Assembly: GCF_000025685.1 (NCBI RefSeq)
Contig: NC_013967.1
Span: 2,370,001-2,402,000, forward strand
Source: Haloferax volcanii DS2
GTDB taxonomy: Archaea > Halobacteriota > Halobacteria > Halobacteriales > Haloferacaceae
Length of the DNA stretch: 32,000 nt
Direction of reading: 5' to 3'
This document shows positions 16,874 to 24,267 of this stretch, one piece after another. A model generated the notes under the pieces. The model was not told the DNA's origin. It searched no databases and was given only the letters and a program-made list of their open reading frames with translations. Numbering within the stretch: the stretch's first letter is position 1; each line of letters opens with the position of its first letter. Made by a program: the position numbers and the translations under genes.

Positions 16874-17923
16874 CTAGTCGAGCGGGTCGTCGAGTTCGCC
16901 CATGACCGCTTCGAGGGCGTCGGTCGCGGTGAGGAGGCCGACGACCTCGCCGTCCCGCAGGACGAGCGCGAGTTCCTGGTCCTCGGCTTGGAACTGGTCG
17001 AACGCGTCGCTGACGTTCGTGTCGGCGGCGAGCGTCATCGTCGGCGCGGCAATCTCGTCGAACGAGCGCTCGCCGGCGCGGAGCGCCTCGAAGTTGTCGA
17101 TGATGGAGGGCGCGTAGACGATGCCGCGGAAGTCGGTGAGCGACTCACCGACGAGCGGGAAGCGGGTGTGGGGGGTGTTCCGAATCCGCTCGAAGTTCTC
17201 GCCGGGCGTCGCGGTCGTCGAGAGCGCGACGATGTCGGAACTGGGAATCATGATTTCGCTGATGGAGAGTTCGTCCACGTCGAGCGCGTTGAGCACCTCG
17301 TCGCGGCGCTCCTCGGGGAGTTCGCCCTCTTGAAGCAGCGAGTGCAGGCGCTCGCGGAGTTGGCCGCGGGACTCGATGACGTCGGTCTCGGTTTCGAGCC
17401 ACGCGCCCGTCATCTCGATGCCGAAGAGCTTGAGCGTCCACTTGGCGACCCAGTCGCCGAACTTGATGAGCGGCGAGATGGCGACGTAGAACCAGTGCAG
17501 CGGCGTCGCGCCGTAGCGACAGACCATCCGGGAGCGCTCGACGCCGAGGTACGTCGGCGTCTGCTCGCCGTGGGTGAGGTGCAGGAGGTTGATAATCAGG
17601 TAGGCGATGAGCGCGCCGGTCCCGATGGTCGCGAGCGTCGTGCCGGCGAACAGCGGCTCGAACAGCGCCGCCAGGGCGGGCTCGGCGACGATACCGACGG
17701 CGATGCTCGACGCCGTAATTCCGACCTGACAGGTCGTGAGATACAGTTCGAGCTCTTGGGTCATCTCCCAGGCGCGTTCGAGCCGAGAGTCGCCGTCGAC
17801 GAACTCGGACTCGGTGAACTGTCGGGCGCGCGTCAGCGCGAACTCGATGGCCACGAAGAAACCGTTCGCGAGGATGAGGAGTACCCCCGCGACGAGTCGT
17901 ATACCGATCTCTGTTGGGTTCAT
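16874..17923 (-). CDS. CNNM/CorB-type transporter (DUF21 transmembrane domain plus CBS pair), hemolysin-family
   Basis: From MNPTEIGIRLVAGVLLILANGFFVAIEFAL (typical DUF21 start) the protein is 349 aa, with a CBS-pair region downstream. The track start at 17992 reads through the ATATATAT promoter element and is rejected. Confidence 0.85.
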   Translation of the reverse strand: MNPTEIGIRLVAGVLLILANGFFVAIEFALTRARQFTESEFVDGDSRLERAWEMTQELELYLTTCQVGITASSIAVGIVAEPALAALFEPLFAGTTLATIGTGALIAYLIINLLHLTHGEQTPTYLGVERSRMVCRYGATPLHWFYVAISPLIKFGDWVAKWTLKLFGIEMTGAWLETETDVIESRGQLRERLHSLLQEGELPEERRDEVLNALDVDELSISEIMIPSSDIVALSTTATPGENFERIRNTPHTRFPLVGESLTDFRGIVYAPSIIDNFEALRAGERSFDEIAAPTMTLAADTNVSDAFDQFQAEDQELALVLRDGEVVGLLTATDALEAVMGELDDPLD

Positions 17924-18087
17924 CTGTGTCGGTGTCCCGTCCGTTCGAGCGCGACCGGTTAGAAAGCATCGGTCGTCCGAATATATATACAACCAGTTGT
18001 CGGGAGTTGGTTATAAATTGAAGAAAACTGCTGTTCTGATAATCTTGTCGGGAAGGTTAATGTCGCGGCCGACAGACGACCACGTGA

Positions 18088-18558
18088 ATGACGAGTCGAG
18101 AACTCGACGCGCTGGACAGGCGGATACTGTACACGTTGCAGGCGGAGGCGCGCCGCACGTCGTCGACCGACATCGCAGACTCGCTCGACGCCTCGGCGAG
18201 CACCGTCCGGAACCGCATCCAGCGGCTCGAAGCCGACGGGGTACTCCGCGGCTATCACGCCGACGTGGACTACGAGCGGGCGGGCTACCAACTGTACACA
18301 CTTATCGTCTGTACGGCACCGATTCCGGAGCGCGAGGAACTGGCCGAGGCCGCCGCCGCGGTTCCGGGCGTCGTCGAAGTACAGGAGGTGATGACCGGCG
18401 AGCGGAACGTCATGGTCCGGGCCATCGGCGTCGACGGCGACGACCTCAGCCGCATCGGCGAGGAGTTAGACGAACTGGGCCTCCGCGTCTCCGACGAAGA
18501 CCTGATTCGGAACACCCACCGGAGCCCGTACGCGAAGTTCGGGGATGGCGACGAGTGA
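18088..18558 (+). CDS. Lrp/AsnC family transcriptional regulator
   Basis: 156 aa with an ATG start. LDALDRRILYTLQAEARRTSSTDIADSLDASASTVRNRIQRLEADGVLRGY followed by a RAM-like domain. Confidence 0.85.
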   Translation: MTSRELDALDRRILYTLQAEARRTSSTDIADSLDASASTVRNRIQRLEADGVLRGYHADVDYERAGYQLYTLIVCTAPIPEREELAEAAAAVPGVVEVQEVMTGERNVMVRAIGVDGDDLSRIGEELDELGLRVSDEDLIRNTHRSPYAKFGDGDE

Positions 18559-18728
18559 CCGACTGCACGAGCGGCGACACGCCGTCTCACGGGGGAGTTC
18601 GCCTCGTTTCGTCTCCGGTGACGCGGTTCCCGAACCACCGGTACAGCTTTGATAGGTAATAACGAACTGGTAATCCCGTTGTCAGAGACCCTCCCGTTCG
18701 CGTCGGTCTCTCGCCGACCGAATGCCCC

Positions 18729-18749
18729 CCACCACCACCACCACCACCA
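18729..18749. repeat. (CCA)7 microsatellite
   Basis: Read directly, in apparently non-coding DNA. Confidence 0.95.
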
Positions 18750-19073
18750 GAGCGGTTCAACGCGCTCCGACAACGGGTAGACGCAGCTGCAACAGCATCG
18801 CGCGGTCGAGGTCCCCGCACTCGCCGCGTGGTACGCTACGTGGTTTCACCGGACGACCGCCCCCGGTCGTTCGCTTCCGACGGCGTCCACGCCTCGGTTG
18901 TTCGTTCTCTACCGCCGTTTGTGACCCGTGAGCGACGCGCCCGCCGGTCGAGAGTCGCCGTCCGAGCGACTACTTCGGGTGGGACCTCCGCCGCGCCGAG
19001 TGCAGCGGTGTCGTCGTCTGTCCGAGGCTGCCGGCACCGGGGTGGACCGAGTCGGCCCGAGCCGAACCGGACC

Positions 19074-19097
19074 GGACCGAACTGGACCGAACTGGAC
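19074..19097. repeat. tandem decamer GGACCGAACT x2.4, preceded by accgg/accgg pentamers
   Basis: Read directly: ggaccgaact ggaccgaact ggac. Confidence 0.75.
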
Positions 19098-19182
19098 GGA
19101 ATCGAACGAGCCGGGGCGAATCTCCGAGTGACGCTGCCGACGGCAGTAAGGGATATGTCGGTCGCGTCCTACGAAACCTCGT

Positions 19183-19335
19183 ATGGACGACGACGCCGGA
19201 CGGAACGCGTGCGCTATCGAATCCCCGAAGGGCAGACCCTGCCCCTTCTGCGGCACGTCGATGGACCACCGCCACTGCAAGTACGTCTGCCCGGAACACG
19301 GGGTCGTCTACGATTGCAGCGACACGTTCTGGTAA
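19183..19335 (+). CDS. small CPxCG-type zinc-finger protein (50 aa)
   Basis: Hand translation gives MDDDAGRNACAIESPKGRPCPFCGTSMDHRHCKYVCPEHGVVYDCSDTFW*. It has CPFCG plus CKYVC Cys pairs, GC-rich third positions, and an AT-containing patch (taagggatat) about 30 nt upstream. It is below the ORF-track length cut-off. Confidence 0.55.
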   Translation: MDDDAGRNACAIESPKGRPCPFCGTSMDHRHCKYVCPEHGVVYDCSDTFW

Positions 19336-19503
19336 CGAAAACTGACAGAAGCCGCCTGAGATGGAACCGCCGCGAAGTCGGGGGATTCGCGGGTTGATTT
19401 CACGACGGCACGAAGCGTTATGTCGGCGGCGGCCTAACAAACGGCCGTCCTCTCCGGTCAGTTCAGTTGGTCCCGAGTCGGACGCGCCCACGCACACGAA
19501 ACG

Positions 19504-20523
19504 ATGCTCAACGAATCACAGGTCGAGGCGGGAAAAGACATCCAACAGCGGACGGGAAAGACGTTTTACTTCGCGACGCGGCTCCTTCCGGAGCGCGTCA
19601 GACACGCCACGTACGTCCTGTACGCGTTTTTCCGCGTCGCCGACGAGGTCGTCGACGCCGAGGAGACCGCGCCGCCGGCACAACAGCGCGACCGGCTCGA
19701 ACGCCTCCGCGCCGAGGCGCTCGGCGTGGTCGAGACCGACGACCCCGTCCTGTCGGCGTTTGCCGAACTCAGAGCGCGCTACGGTATCGACCCCGACGAC
19801 GTGAACGTCTTCATCGACGCGATGGAGTCGGACATCGAGAAGGACCGCTACGAGACGTACGCGGAGTTAGAGACGTACATGGACGGGTCGGCCTCGGCGG
19901 TCGGCCGGATGATGACCGCCGTCATGCGGCCCGACGACCCCGAGGCGGCGCTCCCGCACGCGACGGCGCTCGGGCAGGCGTTCCAGATGTCGAACTTCCT
20001 CCGCGACGTGGGCGAAGACGTGGTCGAGCGCGACCGGGTCTACCTCCCGCAGACGACGCTGGACCGCCACGGCGTCGACACCGAACAGATTCTCGACCTC
20101 GACTTCGACGAGCGCGTCGCCGACGTGATGCGCGACGAACTCCGCCGCACGGAGTCGCTGTACCGCGACGGCGTCGCCGGCATCGAGTACCTCCCGGCGG
20201 ACTGCCAGTTCCCGGTGTTGCTGTCGGCGGTGCTGTACGCCGACCACCACCGGTCGATTCGAAAGCTCGACTACGACACCCTCACGACGACGCCCGAACT
20301 CGGCTTCGGCCGGAAGCTCACGCTCCTCGCGAAGACCGCGGCGTACTGGGCCGTCTGGCGCGACCCCGTCGCCGTGTTCAAGGCCGTCAGCGTCGTCCCG
20401 TACCCCGAAGACGACGACCTCGCCGCGGAGTTCGGCCCCGGTTCGACGCCGGTCGAACACTCGCGGCGGAGCGGGCGCGTCTCGGGGTGGCTTCGGTCGC
20501 TGAGCCGCTGGGGCTCGGACTGA
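19504..20523 (+). CDS. crtB: phytoene synthase (squalene/phytoene synthase family)
   Basis: 339 aa. TGKTFYFATRLLP, YAFFRVADEVVD (first Asp-rich motif) and NFLRDVGEDV (second motif). Confidence 0.9.
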   Translation: MLNESQVEAGKDIQQRTGKTFYFATRLLPERVRHATYVLYAFFRVADEVVDAEETAPPAQQRDRLERLRAEALGVVETDDPVLSAFAELRARYGIDPDDVNVFIDAMESDIEKDRYETYAELETYMDGSASAVGRMMTAVMRPDDPEAALPHATALGQAFQMSNFLRDVGEDVVERDRVYLPQTTLDRHGVDTEQILDLDFDERVADVMRDELRRTESLYRDGVAGIEYLPADCQFPVLLSAVLYADHHRSIRKLDYDTLTTTPELGFGRKLTLLAKTAAYWAVWRDPVAVFKAVSVVPYPEDDDLAAEFGPGSTPVEHSRRSGRVSGWLRSLSRWGSD

Positions 20524-20580
20524 CGGCGTGATTTCTCCGCGAGTGAAACGGTTTACTGGGTGGCCGACGGAGTCCTCTCC

Positions 20581-21234
20581 ATGTACCGCGTCACCCTTGA
20601 CACCCGGTTAGACTGTCCGCTGGGACGGGTGACCGCCGCGCACGACGTGACGCTTACCACGCCGTACTGGAATCTCTCGCCCGAGACGGGTCGGTGTGAC
20701 CTCTGGGTCGAAGCCTCGTCGCCCGGGCGGTCGCAGTTGGAGTCCGGCATCCGGGCGCTCAGGGACGCCGACGGCGTCAGCTATTTCGAACTCAAGCGGA
20801 AGCGCGGCTCGCACTCGACCGCCCACGTGGTGCTCGAAGAGACGGTCGCCATCGAAACGGTCCTCGCCAACGGCGGCGCGGTCATCGGCCCGCTCCGCGA
20901 CAGAAACGGCTGGGAACGGTGGCATCTCGGGTTCGCCGACGCCGACGCCGCGGCCGCCACCCTCGACTCGCTCGACCGTCGCTACGAACTCGCCGCCGTT
21001 GAGCAGACGCCGCGGAGCGAATCGCTCGCCTCTCTCGGTGACCGCTGCGGCGTCTCCGACGTGGCCATCTCGAAGACGCTCCGCCGCGCTGAGCGAAAAC
21101 TCCTCGGGGCCGCCGTCTCCGCGCTCGCCGGCCTCGATGGGTTCGATTCCGACCCCGACTCTGATTCCAACTCCGACCCCGACTCCAACTCCGACCCCAA
21201 TTCGACGAACGCGCGACCCGACGGCGGGGGTTAG
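20581..21234 (+). CDS. HTH-10 (bacterio-opsin-activator-type) DNA-binding protein with Asp/Ser/Asn/Pro repeat tail
   Basis: The C-terminal segment LASLGDRCGVSDVAISKTLRRAERKLLG matches the Bat-type HTH pattern. The track start at 20560 is GTG. The ATG at 20581 (MYRVTLD) lies 25-29 nt downstream of a TTTAC element and is preferred. Confidence 0.6.
   Translation: MYRVTLDTRLDCPLGRVTAAHDVTLTTPYWNLSPETGRCDLWVEASSPGRSQLESGIRALRDADGVSYFELKRKRGSHSTAHVVLEETVAIETVLANGGAVIGPLRDRNGWERWHLGFADADAAAATLDSLDRRYELAAVEQTPRSESLASLGDRCGVSDVAISKTLRRAERKLLGAAVSALAGLDGFDSDPDSDSNSDPDSNSDPNSTNARPDGGG
21145..21198 (+). repeat. three 18-nt tandem units (gattccgaccccgactct / gattccaactccgacccc / gactccaactccgacccc)
   Basis: Read directly. 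They encode DSDPDSDSNSDPDSNSDP at the C-terminus of the HTH-10 protein. Confidence 0.8.
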
Positions 21235-21405
21235 CATCCTAACCCTCCGGTTCTCCGGGACCGCCGGCGTAGGTCTCGGTGATGAGCGCACACGCCGACG
21301 CACCGCTCTCGACCGCCGACGGACCGAAGCCGACACCAGAGACGCATCCACAGACCGTCGACTCGCTCACGCCCGCGACCCCGCTGTCTCCCATCTTCAC
21401 GCGCC

Positions 21406-24267
21406 ATGGTCGGTGAGTCGTTTCCCGCCGGTCGCTCTCGGAGCGCCGTCCTGTTCGCCGTCTTGGCGGCGCTCTGGGGCGGAGCGTACCCCGCGGTGAC
21501 GCTCGGGTTGGAGTCGTTCCCGCCGGTTCTGTACGCCGCGCTCCGACTCGACATCGGCGCGGCGCTTCTGTTGCCGTACGCGGCGTGGCGCGCCGACTAC
21601 TGGCGACCCCGGACGAGACGCGATTGGGCGGTCGTCGCCGCGGCCGGGGTCCTGTCGCTCGCGGGGTATAGCGCCCTCCAAAACATCGGTCAGCAGAGCG
21701 TCCCGAGCGCGGTCGCGTCGGTGCTCGCGGGGTTGGTTCCGATACTGACCGTCGGCTTCGCGAAGCTGTGGCTTCCCGACGAGCGGTTCGGCCCGGTCGA
21801 ACTGCTCGGCGTCGCCGTCGGCTTCCTCGGACTCGTCGTCGTCACCGACCCGGAGCCGGCGAACCTCCTCGGAGCGAACGCGACGGGACAGGCGATACTG
21901 GTGCTCGCCGCGGCGGCGTTCGCGCTCGGCGGCGTGCTCACCCAGCGAATCGAGACCGACCTGCCGTTTGCCGCCCAGACCGCGTGGGCGATGGTCGTCG
22001 GGGCCGCCGCGACCCACCTCGCCAGCGCCGCGAGTCCGACGGAGTCGCTGGCGCAGGTCGACGTGTCGCTGGCTGGCATCGCCGGCCTCGTCTACCTCGG
22101 CGTCTTCGCGAGCGCGGTCAGTTACCTGCTGTACTTCTCGCTTCTCCCCCGTCTCGGCTCGGTCGAACTCAACCTCGTCACCTACGCCGTCGCCGGCTTC
22201 GGGACGGTGTACAGTTGGCTCCTGTTCACGGAGCCCGTGACCCCGACCACGCTTCTCGGCTTCGGGCTCATCCTGCTCGGCTTCGGCCTGCTCAAGTGGA
22301 AACGACTCGGGGCCGTCTACCGTGGCCGGCGTCGCGGCGTCGAGTCGGACTGGGGGACAGCACAGGAGTCGCGCCAGACGAGCACGAGCACGAGCACGAG
22401 CGCGAGCGCTTCCCGGCGCTCAGGAACGCCACGGCAACCGCCGCGGGAGCCGGAGGAGCCGCGAGTCGAACCGGTCCGTTTTGAGCAGGCCGACGCCGAA
22501 CAGCGCCGCGACCGCGACGGGAATCCAGTTGCCGAACCACGCGTTGATGCCGCCCCAGAGGATGACGAAGCTCACGAGGTCGTCGAGCATGAACTCCGTG
22601 CGGTCGAGGCGGGCGAGCAGCGCCTCGCGGTCGAACGACCGGTCGAGCGCGACGACGGCGACGGTCGCGCTGACGACCCAGCCGGCGTAGTTCGAAAGCG
22701 GGACGCCGTAGAACAACAGTGCGTCGTCGCCGAGGCGGTAGTACTCCCAGAAGCCGAGCGCGACCGCGCCGGGGTCGAGCACCACGTCCATGGCGAGGAC
22801 GGCCGCGGTGACGACGCCGAGGCGGACGGCCCCGTTGCGGGCGCGGTCGCCCAGCAACAGCAGACACAGCAGGTAGGCGTTCATCACGAGCGGGATGAAA
22901 AACACCGGCAGCCCGACGGGGACGCCGGCGACCGTCGGCCCGAGGTCGACGCCGTAGTGGAACCAGCCGTACGGCCAGCCCGTGGTGACGCCGGTGTACT
23001 CGATGGCGTAGGCGTAGGCGGTGAGCGCGCCGACGCCGAGTGCGGCACGTCTGGTCACGAGCGGGAGGACGCCCACGATGAGCGGCGAGCGCATCACGAG
23101 CGTCCCGAGGAGGATGAGAAACGCGTTGAACGCCAGCGGGTCGGGGAGCCAGTCCATCGCGCTGGCGACGAGGAGCACCGCGCCGTTCAGCGGGAAGAAC
23201 ACCGAGATGGTAAAGCGGTTGTCGCGCACCAGTCGGTCGAGCGCGTCTTCGGCCTCGCGGCGGCTAGAAGGGAGCCGCGCTCGCAGGTCGCTCGCGCTCA
23301 CGGGCGCACCTCCGGGGACTTGCCGTTACCCATTGACGAGCCTCCAGAGCGCCCCGAGGGTGATGAGCATGCCGACGACGGTGTTGATGACGGGGTACCA
23401 CCAGTACGCCCGGTCCACGTCGACGCCGGCGGCGACGATGCCGAGGACGACGACCGGGTAGGCCGCCAACAGCGCGCCGAGACGGAGGTCGACCGCGGCG
23501 AAGGCGACGGCCGCGAGAACCCACGTCGCGGCGCAGTACCAGTAGGTCCGCCGCTCGCCGAGGGCCGTCGCGGTCGTTCGAATACCGGCCTCGCGGTCGG
23601 GTTCGATGTCCGGAATCGCGGAGAACGTGTGCATCCCCATCGTCCAGAGCCACGCGCCCGCGACGGCGAGCATCGGGGGGTTCGACCCCGAGACGGCCGC
23701 GTAGGCGGCGACGCCCGGCAGGACGTACAGGCCGTTCGAGACCGAGTCGAGAAGCGGCGTCGTCTTGAACCGAAACGGCGGCGCGCTGTACTCGACGGCG
23801 AGGAAGAAGTGCGCGGCGAGCCACGGCCACGCCACCCGCGGAGCGACGGCGAACAGGCCGACTCCGAGCAGGCCGCTCGCGGCGACGACGACGGTGTTCA
23901 CGGGGTCGCCGCGCCAGCGGGCCTCGCGGTCGTCCTTCTTCGGGTTCGCTTCGTCCACGTCGGCGTCGAACACGTCGTTGACGCCGTAGAGAAAGACGTT
24001 CGCGGGGACGAGGAAGTACGCGAACAGGGCGACGGGTTCGAGGCCGAACAGGTCGGCGAGGGCACTCGCGGCGGCCGCGACGCCGACGACGACGGGGCCG
24101 GCGAGGTAGAGCCAGAACCGGGGCCGCGAGAGGACCGCGAGGTAGACGAGTCGGTCTCCGAGACCGCCGTCTGCTCGTCCGTCGTCGCCGCCCTCGCCGG
24201 ACTCGCTCTGTGCGGCCATATCGGCGCTCATCTCGCGTCTTCGGCCATCTCCTCGGCGGTGAGTTGA
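21406..24267 (+). CDS. DMT/EamA-family transporter; only the first ~300 codons look genuine and the ORF has no stop until 24267
   Basis: The N-terminal ~300 aa form a typical 10-TM double-EamA protein, ending ...LLGFGLILLGFGLLKWKRLG at about nt 22310. The same frame then continues 650 codons as Arg/Asp/Glu/Gly-rich sequence antisense to cruF and lyeJ. The 3' end is uncertain and this may be a pseudogene. Confidence 0.55.
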   Translation: MVGESFPAGRSRSAVLFAVLAALWGGAYPAVTLGLESFPPVLYAALRLDIGAALLLPYAAWRADYWRPRTRRDWAVVAAAGVLSLAGYSALQNIGQQSVPSAVASVLAGLVPILTVGFAKLWLPDERFGPVELLGVAVGFLGLVVVTDPEPANLLGANATGQAILVLAAAAFALGGVLTQRIETDLPFAAQTAWAMVVGAAATHLASAASPTESLAQVDVSLAGIAGLVYLGVFASAVSYLLYFSLLPRLGSVELNLVTYAVAGFGTVYSWLLFTEPVTPTTLLGFGLILLGFGLLKWKRLGAVYRGRRRGVESDWGTAQESRQTSTSTSTSASASRRSGTPRQPPREPEEPRVEPVRFEQADAEQRRDRDGNPVAEPRVDAAPEDDEAHEVVEHELRAVEAGEQRLAVERPVERDDGDGRADDPAGVVRKRDAVEQQCVVAEAVVLPEAERDRAGVEHHVHGEDGRGDDAEADGPVAGAVAQQQQTQQVGVHHERDEKHRQPDGDAGDRRPEVDAVVEPAVRPARGDAGVLDGVGVGGERADAECGTSGHEREDAHDERRAHHERPEEDEKRVERQRVGEPVHRAGDEEHRAVQREEHRDGKAVVAHQSVERVFGLAAARREPRSQVARAHGRTSGDLPLPIDEPPERPEGDEHADDGVDDGVPPVRPVHVDAGGDDAEDDDRVGRQQRAETEVDRGEGDGRENPRRGAVPVGPPLAEGRRGRSNTGLAVGFDVRNRGERVHPHRPEPRARDGEHRGVRPRDGRVGGDARQDVQAVRDRVEKRRRLEPKRRRAVLDGEEEVRGEPRPRHPRSDGEQADSEQAARGDDDGVHGVAAPAGLAVVLLRVRFVHVGVEHVVDAVEKDVRGDEEVREQGDGFEAEQVGEGTRGGRDADDDGAGEVEPEPGPREDREVDESVSETAVCSSVVAALAGLALCGHIGAHLASSAISSAVS
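22378..22407. repeat. (ACGAGC)4 plus GCGAGC hexamer repeat
   Basis: Read directly. It sits 13 nt beyond the cruF stop (22420-22422) and encodes (TS)n in the DMT frame. Confidence 0.85.
22420..23301 (-). CDS. cruF: carotenoid biosynthesis membrane protein, bisanhydrobacterioruberin hydratase-type (CruF family)
   Basis: 293-aa polytopic membrane protein with a GTG start. Its position directly downstream of lyeJ and crtD, and its overall sequence, resemble haloarchaeal CruF. Confidence 0.8.
   Translation of the reverse strand: MSASDLRARLPSSRREAEDALDRLVRDNRFTISVFFPLNGAVLLVASAMDWLPDPLAFNAFLILLGTLVMRSPLIVGVLPLVTRRAALGVGALTAYAYAIEYTGVTTGWPYGWFHYGVDLGPTVAGVPVGLPVFFIPLVMNAYLLCLLLLGDRARNGAVRLGVVTAAVLAMDVVLDPGAVALGFWEYYRLGDDALLFYGVPLSNYAGWVVSATVAVVALDRSFDREALLARLDRTEFMLDDLVSFVILWGGINAWFGNWIPVAVAALFGVGLLKTDRFDSRLLRLPRRLPWRS
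23326..24231 (-). CDS. lyeJ: lycopene elongase/hydratase (UbiA prenyltransferase family)
   Basis: From MSADMAAQ the protein is 301 aa. NVFLYGVNDVFDADVD is a UbiA-type Asp-rich motif. Its ATG overlaps the crtD stop (ATGA). The 1083-aa track ORF is an artefactual upstream extension. Confidence 0.85.
   Translation of the reverse strand: MSADMAAQSESGEGGDDGRADGGLGDRLVYLAVLSRPRFWLYLAGPVVVGVAAAASALADLFGLEPVALFAYFLVPANVFLYGVNDVFDADVDEANPKKDDREARWRGDPVNTVVVAASGLLGVGLFAVAPRVAWPWLAAHFFLAVEYSAPPFRFKTTPLLDSVSNGLYVLPGVAAYAAVSGSNPPMLAVAGAWLWTMGMHTFSAIPDIEPDREAGIRTTATALGERRTYWYCAATWVLAAVAFAAVDLRLGALLAAYPVVVLGIVAAGVDVDRAYWWYPVINTVVGMLITLGALWRLVNG

Noticed and set aside
18285-18931. ORFs encoding W7, G8 or T6 homopolymer runs
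   Set aside because: These are the three frames of the (CCA)7 microsatellite. The surrounding translations are nonsense and one ORF is antisense to the Lrp gene. I treat them as non-coding.
18559-19182. SRP (7S) RNA or RNase P RNA in the long non-coding stretch
   Set aside because: I could not find the hallmark conserved strings on either strand: the GGAAGGGAGCA-like SRP domain IV motif, or GAGGAAAGUCC of RNase P CR-I. This was only an eyeball check, so a covariance-model scan would be needed to be certain.
18828-19397. 189-aa ORF covering the long intergenic region and the zinc-finger ORF
   Set aside because: It has a GTG start, Arg/Pro/Ser-rich composition and mixed wobble-base usage. It is in a different frame from the much more credible 50-aa CPxCG ORF.
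14988-19500. Integrated element using tRNA-Met as attachment site
   Set aside because: There is no integrase or transposase ORF. I saw no second copy of the tRNA 3' segment (gggttcggagcccaccccgggca) downstream that would mark an att duplication.
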